Source of the DNA: an uncultured bacterium
GTDB taxonomy: Bacteria > Verrucomicrobiota > Verrucomicrobiia > Limisphaerales > UBA11358
NCBI GenBank assembly: GCA_963723125.1
Contig: CAVRPQ010000003.1
Coordinates: 837,762 to 901,761 of the forward strand
Reading direction: 5' to 3'
DNA: 64,000 nucleotides
The notes beneath the pieces were generated by a model. The model was not told the origin of the DNA. It saw only the letters and a program-made list of their open reading frames with translations, and did not search any database. This document shows positions 36,065-46,568 of this stretch, piece after piece. The translations under genes were made by a program, and so were the position numbers. The stretch's first letter is position 1. Each line of letters opens with the position of its first letter.

Positions 36065-38801
36065 ATGTTAAGAGTCATTGCCAGTCGAAATGCAGAAGCG
36101 CAAAGAAGTATCACCGCAATCTTTAAAGCGTGAGGACTACTACAGTGAAGGGCAGGAAATTAGCGGCGATTGGCAAGGAATGGGAGCGGAGAAATTGGGA
36201 CTGTCGGGCCAGTGACGACAGGCGACTTTGATGCGCTGTGCGACAACCAGAAGCCCGGCACAAAAGAACGGCTGACGCAGCGCAATAAGAGCAATCGGAC
36301 GGTCGGCTACGATTTCAATTTCCATTGCCCTAAATCGGTTTCGGTAGTTTATGAGTTCACCCAGGATGAGCGCATTTTGGACGCGTTCAAACTGTCGGTG
36401 AATCAGACGATGCGGGAGATCGAATCGGAAATCAAAACGCGGGTGCGGAAAAATGGGGCCAATGAGAACCGGACAACGGGCAACATGATTTGGGCGGAAT
36501 TCATCCATTTCACCGCGCGTCCGGTCAACGGCGTTCCCGATCCGCATTTGCACGCGCATTGCTACGCCTTCAATACCACCTGGGACGATGTGGAAAAGAA
36601 ATGGAAGGCCGGACAGTTCCGGGATTTGAAAGCCGATGCGCCGTATTTTGAAGCGGCATTCCATGCGCGTTTTGCCAAGCAACTGAATGAACTTGGGCTA
36701 TGGCATCGAGCGCACGGCCAAAGGATGGGAAATGGCCGGTGTGCCGCAACGGGTGCTGGATGAATTTTCCAAGCGCTCGGAGCAGGTCGAGCAAAAGGCA
36801 AAGGAATTGGGGATCACGTCGGCCAAAGAAAAGGACGGATTGGCCGCTTTGACGCGGGAGCGCAAACAGAAGGACATGCAAAAGCCGGAATTGCGCGAGC
36901 TATGGGACAAGCGCATTTCAGCGGATGAACGGGCGGCGATTCAGAATGTTCGCAACGCGGTCATTGACAGCGCCAAAAATTTCGGAAATGAAGGCGATGG
37001 ATTTTGCCGTTCAGCATTGCTACGAACGCGCGTCCATCGTCACCGAAAAGGAATTGCTCCGGCAGGCGTTTCGCTTCGGCCTCGGTGACGTGGACGTGGA
37101 ACAGGTCAAACGCCAGCTTTTGCGGGATGAGTTTATCGGCGAAAACATGGACGGCAAACAATGGCTCACGACAAAGGACGTGCTGGCGGAAGAAAAGCGG
37201 CTGGTTGATTTTGTCCAGGATGGCCGGGGAAAGTTTAAACCGTTCGATGCGAGAAAATATCAGTTCCAAAACGAAAAGCTTTCGGATGAGCAACGCAATG
37301 CCGTGCTTCACGTCCTGCGAAGCATGGACCGGGTGACGGCCATTCGCGGCGGCGCGGGCACGGGCAAAACGACGATGATGCGCGAAGCGGTTGCGGCCAT
37401 TGAATCCAGCGGCCATAAGGTTTTTACCTTCGCGCCGTCGGCGGAAGCCTCGCGCGGCGTTCTCCGGTCGGATGCCGGCTTTGCCAATGCTGAAACGGTC
37501 GAGGCATTGCTGCAAAACGAAAAACTGCAAGCGCAGGTCCGGGGTCAGGTGATTTGGATTGATGAGGCCGGGCTTTTGGGCGTTCGCACGCTGGCGCGGG
37601 TGGCCGATCTGGCGGAAAAGGAAAATTGCCGGATTATCCTTTCCGGTGATACCGCGCAACATCGGGCCGTTGAGCGCGGCGATGCGCTTCGCCTTTTGGA
37701 ACGGCACGCCGCTTTGCAGGCCGCCGAACTGACGCAGATACGGCGGCAAAAGATGGACGCGCACAAGGCCGTGGTCGCGGACTTGCAAAAGGGCGATTTG
37801 GAGAATGCTTTTAACCGGTTGAACAAGCTTGGAATGTTGCGGGAAATGGATGCCGATAAACGGCATGACGCATTGGCAACGGATTATGTTGCCGCTGTGA
37901 AACAAGGCAAATCGGCGTTGGTCATTTCGCCCACTCACGCCGAAGGCGAGCGGGTCACGCGCGAAATCCGCGCGAAACTGAAAGCCGCAAAGAAACTTGG
38001 CGCTGATGAGCGCGAGTTTGTTCAACTCAAAAATCTGCAATGGACGGCAGCGCAACGCGCCGATGCCCGCAATTATCAGGCCGGGCATGGTCGTCCAGTT
38101 TCATCAAAACGTTGCCGGGTTCCGGCGCGGCGAACGGGTCACGGTGACAGCACGGGATGCCAGCGGCGTTTTAGTCGAGCGGCAAAATGGCGAAACGGCT
38201 TTGCTTCCGCTGGACATGGCGGCGCGGTTCCAAGTTTATGAGTCCCGCAAAATCGCCCTGGCTGCCGGGGACAGGATTCGGATTACGCAAAACGGTTTTA
38301 CGCAAAGACAAGCAACGGCTCAACAACGGCGATTTGAAACAGGTCAAGGGCTTTACCAAAGACGGTGACATCAAACTTTCCAACGGTTGGGTGGTTGCAA
38401 AGGATTACGGCAATCTGACGCACGGTTACTGCCTCACGTCTTACAGTTCGCAGAGCAAGGGTGTGGACTGCGTGTTCGTCGCCGAAAGTTCCGAATCGTT
38501 CCGCGCTGCCGACCGCGAGCAATTTTATGTTTCGGCCAGCCGGTTCAAAGAGTCGCTTACGATTTATACGGATGACAAACGCGAATTGCTCAATGCCGTG
38601 TGCAAAACCTCGCACCGGCCTTCGGCGTTGGATTTGATCACGAAGAAAATCACGGAGTCAGTTGAGGAAACGCCGGTGAAAAAAACGTTGCGGCAAGTGC
38701 CTGCTGAAAAGGTTCAAGGGGAAATTTCTAAAATACGGAAACGTGCGCGGCTGCAAAATCAAAATGCCCGCCAGATACAGTGCTCCGCCCTCAGAATATG
38801 A
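36065..38801 (+). pseudogene. MobF-family relaxase/helicase, decayed (at least 6 frame changes)
   Basis: Homologous segments are spread over all three frames. They start at about 36065 (MLRVIASRN..), 36132 (EDYYSEGQEISGDWQGMGAEKLGLSG), 36170 (histidine triad PDPHLHAHCYAFN), 36687, 36925 (Walker A IRGGAGTGKT), 37997 and 38187 (LTSYSSQSKGVD...). Confidence 0.85.
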
Positions 38802-38809
38802 ACATTTTG

Positions 38810-39142
38810 TTAGGTCTTGATTCTCCGCGTTTTCCAGCGTCGCCACGCGAGGAGCAAACCGCCTAAAGCAGACAAACCGAACACGTTTGGTTCGGGAACT
38901 GAACTTGTTGAGAAAACTATGTCACGCAACAACTGGTTCAACAAACGATAGGGTGCCACAGGCCGATCATTATCGCTTTCAGGCAGGCTCACCGGACGCA
39001 ACTTTCTCCGCGGCTTTTGGTTCAAGCCGCCGTGTTGCAACAAACGCCAACCGCGCGAGTGACCGCATATTGGATGCCACCGCGCTAGCCAGACCAGTCG
39101 CCGCGGCCGACCGTAAATACCCCCGACTTCCCTCGGTAGCAC
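38810..39142 (-). pseudogene. PEP-CTERM sorting-signal tail attached to a doubtful upstream ORF (probable gene remnant)
   Basis: The C-terminus SSVPEPNVFGLSALGGLLLAWRRWKTRRIKT has the VPEP motif, a hydrophobic helix and a basic tail. The upstream part is Arg/Pro-rich and unconvincing. Better-looking coding sequence lies in another frame at 38979-39212. Confidence 0.4.
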
Positions 39143-39360
39143 CCACGACCCACTGCTGTTTCCAAATTTTGGGCGTCTGGCCCGTGATACTCAGTTCGGC
39201 GACTGCCGCCACGACGGAGCATTTAAAGTTCAGGTCGTATCTGTTCTTCCGGATCTTCGGTTCGATTCACGTGTTGTTCATGGCGTGTTTCTAGTTCACA
39301 CGTCCGCACTTTGGTAGTCTACAGCATCAGGACAAGGCCAATTTATGCATTGCTGATTAT

Positions 39361-40288
39361 TCATATTTTTTCCTCTATTAAGCTCAAATATCTGTCTGAC
39401 CAATAGGGATAAATTTGCCCTGAGAATGCCCGATCCAAATTGTCCAGCGTTAAGCGTTTAACCAGCGGGCCGTTTCCTTCTTGGTGTAAATGCACATTTT
39501 GAGGATAAAGCCATTCGCTTTCGATTAAATTAATATCTTTTAAAGTAGGCAGATAAATTTCATCGGCCCTCGGAAAATTGAGTATTACAATGCACTTTAG
39601 CCCGAGTGCGGTTGATAGATGCATCGGGCCACTCACAATCCCGATAAAATATTCGCATGTGTTTAGAAGTCTGATGGAATCCTCCAGAGGAAGCCCTGTA
39701 CAATCTTGCGCGTTGTCTAGAATGAGAGGTTTTCGGCCGACTTGAAGAAATGTCAATTCAGGGTGTGAATTCACAAACATCTGGATTATTATATGGGACT
39801 CTGGATATAGCTGTCTCGCTCGAGGATGAACGTAAATGCGTTGCCACGCTGCGTGAGAATCACCAGCTTCGAAGTGAAGGGCCACACGTCCGGGCACTCG
39901 TTCGCCGGGCACGACCAAAAATCCTTTAGGTTTTATTTCCGGATGGAGACCAAATGCTCGCTGCAAGCGTTGAATGAAATGGCCATTTCCTATATTGTAT
40001 TGCCTTTGTAAAATATCGGCTGCCACTTTTGTTGTAAAAGCTGGCGGTGGTTTGATGTAGAATGGATAAAATGTAAGTAATGTCTTAAAATAGGAGACTC
40101 TCAGACTCAATGTATCGAGTGGTGTTCTGATCTGCCGCCGACTTAGGTAGCGATGTTAATAACAGTGTATCCCCGAGACCTTGCGGAGTATTGGTTAAAA
40201 TACTGGTTCGAAAATCTGGGGCTTGAGGTTTGGATAATGAGTTGACGTTTTTATAAAAAATCAATATACGATCTTCATCGCTGCCCAT
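39361..40288 (-). pseudogene. Glycosyltransferase family 9-like gene with an apparent frameshift near 40100
   Basis: The N-terminal part (frame of ORF 40085-40354, from the ATG at 40288) has GLGDTLLLTSLP. The C-terminal part (ORF 39361-40110) has IGIVSGPMHLSTALGLKCIVILNFP. The two frames differ by one nt. ATG..TGA overlap with the upstream GT9 gene. Confidence 0.5.
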
Positions 40289-41345
40289 GGTGTCGAATTG
40301 AATGCAGAGCAGCTCGAGACATTTCATCATGTTGGGAACCATTAAAGCTAACATCGTTCAACGTCGTCAGTGACATCTTGGCTGCTTCAGCTCGCTGCAG
40401 ATTCTGCAAATGGGTGTGCCTGCCCAAATATCGTTCTACTTGAACAATGACGTCACTTGCGTGAATCATATCCATACATCTGGGCAGTTGTCCGACAACA
40501 TCAACGCACAGATGTTCATTCCTGTTTAAGGTGCTGTCGTCAGGAAGCGGGAGCGCTCTGGAGCGCCAGCAACCGCCATTTTGGCAACAGCCCAGCATCC
40601 CAATTGTATGTAAGAATTGATGCCCTGGATATGCCTCCCAGTGCGCCGGCTCGCGCCCTCCAGCAATTACAACGCATGGACGCAGGTGACCCGACGGCGT
40701 CGGGACGGCAGATGCTAAGTGCATCAGCAGTGACACCGGGGTAACAACGCCATCAGCGCGATACACCATTTTGATCAATGTACGCAAATCTGTAGCGCCT
40801 CGAAGGTCAACAACTCCCTCCAATTCAGGATGATGATCACCAACTCCGCCCACTTGGACAAAATACACTCTTCCGGAAAAGTGATCCACAACCTCTTGGT
40901 ATCGCTTAACGTCCCACCATTTGATTGTAAAATCTCTCTTGCCACCGCTACAGATTAGCCAGACAGGTAATTCAGATCCAATCTGCTCTTGAAATGGAAT
41001 GCTTTCTAATTCCTCATCTTTCGATAAATATATATCGCCTTTAAAATCAGTTGGTTTTATATTAAGCCCGAGTTGTTCATTAAAATAGGAAATAAAACCA
41101 TGTATGAAATGATAAGGCGCATGATTGCTTTCCTGTATTAATGGGTAGTGACAATCAAGAACTTCACTTGTGGCAGCCTCTTCCAAGGGAGTAACATAAG
41201 GATTATTTTCCCAAAGTGCAGGGTGTTGTGTATGAACGTCTGTGAGAAATGATCGCGGGTAGGCACGATGCAAATCTCGTACTGCCGCCGTTAACATCAA
41301 AATATCCCCGGGCGGCAATGAAGATTTCAAGATTAATCGCCTCAT
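40275..41345 (-). CDS. Glycosyltransferase family 9 (heptosyltransferase-like)
   Basis: N-terminal LKSSLPPGDILMLTAAVRDLHRAYP and central WLICSGGKRDFTIKWW...VQVG are typical of GT9-like proteins of this lineage. Confidence 0.65.
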   Translation of the reverse strand: MRRLILKSSLPPGDILMLTAAVRDLHRAYPRSFLTDVHTQHPALWENNPYVTPLEEAATSEVLDCHYPLIQESNHAPYHFIHGFISYFNEQLGLNIKPTDFKGDIYLSKDEELESIPFQEQIGSELPVWLICSGGKRDFTIKWWDVKRYQEVVDHFSGRVYFVQVGGVGDHHPELEGVVDLRGATDLRTLIKMVYRADGVVTPVSLLMHLASAVPTPSGHLRPCVVIAGGREPAHWEAYPGHQFLHTIGMLGCCQNGGCWRSRALPLPDDSTLNRNEHLCVDVVGQLPRCMDMIHASDVIVQVERYLGRHTHLQNLQRAEAAKMSLTTLNDVSFNGSQHDEMSRAALHSIRHHGQR

Positions 41346-41514
41346 TGCATCACTAGCAGTTGTCGGCAGTCACCCAAATGGCAGAAGGCATCTGGAAACT
41401 AGTACAGCCATCATTTACGAGATAGCTTCTAGTCATTGTTAATGAGTTAGCAATTAGTAAATCCATGCTTGTTGTCGCTATCGCAGTTTGTCGTATACAC
41501 AAACATGGTAACGA

Positions 41515-43011
41515 TCAGCCATTTGGAGTGATCAGACTTTCATAGCATTGCATTTTAGCCCGACTTGATTTCTCAGATAACGATTTAGCATAGTTATACA
41601 CCTCCATGTCAAGCGCGGTTATTTGTTCTAATGCGTTTTTTGCATCTGCGGAAAGCTGTGGTGCTTCAGGTTTATTCGGATTATAATTTGCATGGGGAAT
41701 TATGTCTGGGGGCGGATATCCCAGCACCGCAGCCATTTTCCCTATAAAATATTCCAGTTCGTCATAAAAACCTACCACTGTGAATTTCCGCAGATTTTCC
41801 TTTGCGCTTTCCGCAGCTTCTCTATCGTCTGCATCAGAAGGAACAGAAGATAGAAAACGAATGGATCTCGGCCACGTATAGATAAACCTGCCGCTTAACA
41901 ACAATGTTTCCAAGCCTTCCTTAAGCAGGTCTTGTTCATGAGGCGGTCTTTGACCAAGATACCTTACTTGTTCATGATAACAGGAAATTGCTTGGTCCAC
42001 TGGGTCTCGAAGTATCGTGAACCATAAAGTATTTCCGTCGTCTCCAAAGGACAAATGCCTCAATGGAACGTGCCCGAATACAATTCTCTCGTTGTTCAAA
42101 AACGTCTGCGTTTCCGGGCGCAATGTATGCCAAGCTATAATGCGCTTAACACTAGGAGACCACTGTTGGATAATTTTGAATATTGTTGTACCTGCCGTTT
42201 TAGGTATATGAATAAACCGAAAAGTCGGTAATGCCTTAGCAGGTCGATGAAGCTTAGTGAGAACGCTATGTGCTAAATCACCTCGCAGGGCAATTCCATG
42301 TGGCGTTTCCTGAATTAAGCTCCTTAAGCATTGACCATCGGTGTGTTCAGAGAAATCATTTAGTTCATTTGTAACCTTTTCAGAAGTTTTGATTTTGATT
42401 GCCGAATTCGCTGTCCATTTGTATGCGTCAATTTTGATTTCCCATGCGGCTGGCGCTGGAGAAAATACTCGCCCTTCACGAAAAACGCGATTGTGAATCA
42501 GCACGTCGCGCCGAGTATCAACAGACATATTGTTTGCTGAAAATTCTATTGTAATGGGAAATTGTAAATGCATGGGATGACTCGGATCGACTTCTTTCAA
42601 AAGAAAGTTCTGATCGAATCTGTCCCAAATCCATCCTGCTAAAGAGTCATATCCCGCCTTCTCCATTTGAAATGCGAGTTCTGAAATAGGAGTCGGGAAG
42701 GCAATGAATTCGTCGAGAGAGGGCGCCGTAATCCAAGCATCTTCAGGAACTTCTTCCCGGATGCAACGCTGCTCATTTTCGATTTGCAGTCTGCTAATTT
42801 TAGAGCAAATAATTTCTTTTACATTTATAGACAATTCCTGCAAATGAAATCTTAGCTCAGGTACTGGGTGGTTGCAGACTAAGGCAATTCTCACGTTCTC
42901 CGTCTTTACTCCGCACGTCAAGTAGTGACGAAGAAAATGTTGCAGCAATGGGAAGCTAAATCCTTCTGACTCATTGCATCTTATTATAGAAACCAGATAT
43001 ACATCCGCCAT
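41515..43011 (-). CDS. Two-domain protein: unassigned N-terminal domain plus C-terminal sulfotransferase (Sulfotransfer_2-like)
   Basis: FRFIHIPKTAGTTIFKI (PAPS 5'-phosphosulfate-binding loop) and RDPVDQAISCYH (3'-phosphate-binding region). I cannot assign the first ~260 aa. Confidence 0.65.
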   Translation of the reverse strand: MADVYLVSIIRCNESEGFSFPLLQHFLRHYLTCGVKTENVRIALVCNHPVPELRFHLQELSINVKEIICSKISRLQIENEQRCIREEVPEDAWITAPSLDEFIAFPTPISELAFQMEKAGYDSLAGWIWDRFDQNFLLKEVDPSHPMHLQFPITIEFSANNMSVDTRRDVLIHNRVFREGRVFSPAPAAWEIKIDAYKWTANSAIKIKTSEKVTNELNDFSEHTDGQCLRSLIQETPHGIALRGDLAHSVLTKLHRPAKALPTFRFIHIPKTAGTTIFKIIQQWSPSVKRIIAWHTLRPETQTFLNNERIVFGHVPLRHLSFGDDGNTLWFTILRDPVDQAISCYHEQVRYLGQRPPHEQDLLKEGLETLLLSGRFIYTWPRSIRFLSSVPSDADDREAAESAKENLRKFTVVGFYDELEYFIGKMAAVLGYPPPDIIPHANYNPNKPEAPQLSADAKNALEQITALDMEVYNYAKSLSEKSSRAKMQCYESLITPNG

Positions 43012-43137
43012 ATGGTCTAACTTTTATAGCCAAATAAACGCTCAACTAACTCGATGAAGTAATTAAGTGTTTTCATACAATAGAGTTCCCGGGACTGAAA
43101 TGAAAAGTAAAAACTGTGAATACATGTGAAAAGCATA

Positions 43138-43725
43138 TTAATGAAAAAGCAGTTGGAAACCATGCAACGACCTTACTTCTATTGAGACAGAACACCCATT
43201 GATCAAGCCTGTTTTCAATACTTCTTTTACAGCCTCTCTTACTGGCAAATGCGAGCTCACATCATGGACAGTCATAATTTTACTGGTCATCGGCCAAAAT
43301 TGAATAATATCATGCATTGCTTCCCGTTTGCTATGTCCTGCATCTATGTGGACCCAATCGAACGCCATCCTCTTTAGAACGTTTGGACACTCAATTTGTG
43401 TATTCAAATGGAACAAGGCTACTTCAACATGGGTTTCTTGATATTTCTGCATTTGCCTAATCACCCCAAAAGCCTCCGAATTTGAATCGGATCGGTATAA
43501 TTCTGCATCTAAACCAGTGTAGCTCTGTAACGAATCTTTTGCACCAGCTATAATGGAGGCTGCCGAATACCCGCAATACACTCCAACTTCCAAAACAGTT
43601 TTCGGAGCAATCAGCTTTGCGAGGCCATAGTAAACATCAAATTCGCCGCCGAGAAAATCAGAAGAACCACAATCTGCACCTATATATTTCCCATGAAACT
43701 GACTAATTAGATCCTTCATCTTCAT
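43138..43725 (-). CDS. Class I SAM-dependent methyltransferase (Methyltransf_24/CmcI-like)
   Basis: VLEVGVYCGYSAASI (motif I) and WVHIDAGHS. ATGA overlap with the upstream sulfotransferase gene. Confidence 0.65.
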   Translation of the reverse strand: MKMKDLISQFHGKYIGADCGSSDFLGGEFDVYYGLAKLIAPKTVLEVGVYCGYSAASIIAGAKDSLQSYTGLDAELYRSDSNSEAFGVIRQMQKYQETHVEVALFHLNTQIECPNVLKRMAFDWVHIDAGHSKREAMHDIIQFWPMTSKIMTVHDVSSHLPVREAVKEVLKTGLINGCSVSIEVRSLHGFQLLFH

Positions 43726-44474
43726 GCCAGTGCCGTACCCTCACATCTTTTCAAATCATTTTCGAAAGTATAATTAAAGATTTCTATGTCTTGCTTATAA
43801 AACGTTCTTGAAAATTCGAATGATTCTTCGTCATAGTATTCTACATAATGTCTCCTATTTACAGCACGGTTTCTATGTGGCAGCATTGTACTATGCCCTA
43901 TGATACTTAGGTTTTTGCAAATTGTGTCGAAGTCCGTCTGCAATCTCTCAAATTGGCCAACAAAGTCAACCAAAAGTTTCCCATTTTCGTCATAGAGAAA
44001 TTGGTATTGAGGGATTATATGCCGGTACCTATCCCCCATGTCAGGAGTTGGAAAATGTTTAAAAAGAAATGATTTGAAATCCACATTCCTTCTAGCCATC
44101 TGCGTAGTTTTCCAAAATTCATATTTTGATACTAACCGGTCCCAAGGATTCCTCACAAAGGAAAACTTGAATAATGAATTGAATTCAGATGGGTTTAAAT
44201 AGCCACAATCAACATATTCGGAAGCGATTAAATGAGAAAGTCTGTCTGGACCACGGCTCGTATCCCAGTTGCGTCTTAAAAGCATGGTTTCCCTGGTTTC
44301 TCCCATTCCTGCCGCCAAATCCAAAAAGAAAACTTCTATACTTTGGCCTGCGGTTTTGGGAATATGGACAAATAGACAATTGAATTTTCTACAGATCATT
44401 TTTACAAGGAACCCTCTAGATGCAATGACCGACCACACCTTGCGGAAAATTCGCACAATCTCCCATTCGCCCAA
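43722..44474 (-). CDS. Sulfotransferase (Sulfotransfer_2-like)
   Basis: FVHIPKTAGQSIEVFF and FSFVRNPWDRLVSKY. The true start may be the ATG at 44399 (MICRKFNCLFVHIPKTAG). Confidence 0.7.
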   Translation of the reverse strand: MGEWEIVRIFRKVWSVIASRGFLVKMICRKFNCLFVHIPKTAGQSIEVFFLDLAAGMGETRETMLLRRNWDTSRGPDRLSHLIASEYVDCGYLNPSEFNSLFKFSFVRNPWDRLVSKYEFWKTTQMARRNVDFKSFLFKHFPTPDMGDRYRHIIPQYQFLYDENGKLLVDFVGQFERLQTDFDTICKNLSIIGHSTMLPHRNRAVNRRHYVEYYDEESFEFSRTFYKQDIEIFNYTFENDLKRCEGTALA

Positions 44475-44537
44475 GGTTAGATTGATAGAAACACCACTTA
44501 CCTGCCACTCTGAACATACTCATTCACCAGCAATAGT

Positions 44538-45119
44538 TTAGCTCTTGTATATGGCAGGCTGGAGTTTCCTTACCCGAACCCGCAAATGTGCCAGACGTCT
44601 GTTTACTGTTGTCACAGACTGAACGCGCTTATTGTCCCCCGCACCAGCTCTGCCTGCTATCCTCTCCTGTATAGTCTTCAACCTTTTGATTCGAGATCGC
44701 AAACGCGCCAAACGTTTTTTGGCTTTCACCTTTGCTAGAGGTACAATACGTTCCCTTGCCGTCTTTTGCCTTACGGTCTGCTTCTGGATCCGAGACTGCA
44801 TGCGCGCTAAACGTTTGTTGGCTTTTCCCGCAGCCCCGACACGCATAGCATTTCCCGCTCTAATTCCACCAGGCACCGTCTGTCTAGCGGCCTTCAGTTT
44901 GCTGATTCGGGATTGCAACCGCGCCAAGTGGTTCTTCGTTTTTTTTGCGGGCCATTGACCACCCTGTACTTGTTCTTGGAATCTATGCTTCCAACGTGTA
45001 AGCTTTGGCAGTGGAACTTCTAATGTTTTGGCCAGCACGGGTAAGCGCACATTACCATTGATTGCAATAGCTATTGCTCTCTTTTTGAGTCGCCGCGGAA
45101 TCTTGAATTGATTTGGCAT
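44538..45119 (-). CDS. Highly basic protein with an HTH-like N-terminus and four or five internal K/NxRLA(R/H)(L/M)(Q/R)SRI(x)K repeats
   Basis: NHLARLQSRISKLK, NKRLARMQSRIQK, KKRLARLRSRIKRLK and NRRLAHLRVRVRKLQ, spaced about 30-35 aa apart. I recognise no family. Confidence 0.45.
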   Translation of the reverse strand: MPNQFKIPRRLKKRAIAIAINGNVRLPVLAKTLEVPLPKLTRWKHRFQEQVQGGQWPAKKTKNHLARLQSRISKLKAARQTVPGGIRAGNAMRVGAAGKANKRLARMQSRIQKQTVRQKTARERIVPLAKVKAKKRLARLRSRIKRLKTIQERIAGRAGAGDNKRVQSVTTVNRRLAHLRVRVRKLQPAIYKS

Positions 45120-45513
45120 AACTTTCCCTTCCTATCAGCGCGAAATTAGCATTTCGGCAATTCGTGTCAAGATAAAATTTCATTTTGCACCTTAGGCTTA
45201 TGGCATTGGACAATTTTAGAACACTTAAAGGCAGCATGATGAAACTCGTCGTGAGCCTCTTCGGAATACCCTCAATTACCGCAAGCCCGTCACGATAATT
45301 GGTCCCCAGCTTTTAGACGGCCTGTGCTTTTCGCCAATATGCTAATTCCCCAATTTCATTTCGAAATTTTTATAAATATTAGGCTTGACAATTCTTACGA
45401 AAAAAGAACACTGCAACTCGAACGAATGGAACAAAAAGAAGGCATGAGTTGAGTTGGAGGTCGCGATGGGCGACAACTCCTGTATATGAAAAACACACTC
45501 AACCATGCCTTGA

Positions 45514-46568
45514 AAACAACTACGCCTCCAACCGTCTGAAACGCAAGTCCGTATCCAGCAGCTCAAGCTGGGGGTGGATTGGCACGCCGATCATTTCCGG
45601 GTGGCCCGGATGTGTGACGGCCAATCGCCCCAACCGGCGCAACGGTTCACCCCGGCCAGCTTCCTGCCTTTCGTGCAGAAACAACTCACCCTGGCCGACC
45701 AGGTGTTCGTGGTTTATGAAGCCGGGCCCGGCGGCTTTCACCTGCACCGCCAACTCACCGCCCTCGGGGTCACGGCTTTTGTCGTGCATCCGCAAAAGCT
45801 CGATCCGCAGCATAAAGGGGTGGTGACCGACAAGACCGATGCCCGCGAACTGACCTTGAATCTGGATCGTTACCTCCGGGGCAACCTGCGGGCCATGAGT
45901 GTGGTGCGCGTGCCCACGCCCAGCGGAAGAACAACGCCGCGCCCTCTCCCGTCAGCGCGAACAGTTGCGCCGGGAACGTCAGCGGCTGGCCGCCCAAGGC
46001 CGCAGTCTGTGTCTGACCCAGGGCATCCGGTTGCGTGGCGAATGGTGGAAGGCGCCACTGACCCTGCCCGACTGGCTGGCAGCGCGATTGGACGTCTGGC
46101 GCCAACTCATCCTGGCCGTTGAAACTCTCCTGGAAGCCCTGACCAAACAGGTTGAGGCACTCGCTCCCAAGGAGCGGCCCAAAGGTCTGGGACCGCTGAC
46201 GCTGGGGACTGCTCATCGCCGAACTCTGCGACTGGTCGCGCTTCAAAAACCGCAAACAGATCGGCAGTTACACCGGCCTGTGTGGCGGGGTCAGCAGCTC
46301 CGGTCAAAGTCACTGCGACCTGTCCATCACCAAGGCCGGTAATGCCCGCGTCCGCTGGACCTTGATCGAACTGGCTTGGCGCATGGTGCTTTATCAACCG
46401 CAATGCAGAGCCGTCCAACGCTGGCGGCACCTGCTGTTAAATCCCAAGGCCGCCACCCGGCAGAAGAAACGGGCGCTGGTCGCCCTGGCCCGCCAACTGG
46501 CCGTCGATCTCTGGCGCTGGCAAACCGGCAAAGTCACCCCCGAACAATTGGGCTGGGTCATGGTGTAA
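45514..46568 (+). pseudogene. IS110-family (DEDD) transposase gene, decayed: two frameshifts and no clear start codon
   Basis: Frame 1: GVDWHADHFRVA...VVYEAGPGGFHLHRQLTALGVTAFVVHPQK. Frame 2 from about 45899: EEQRRALSRQREQLRRERQRL.... Frame 3 from about 46200: LLIAELCDWSRFKNRKQIGSYTGLCGGVSSSGQS...ITKAGNARVRWTLIELAW.... Confidence 0.8.
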
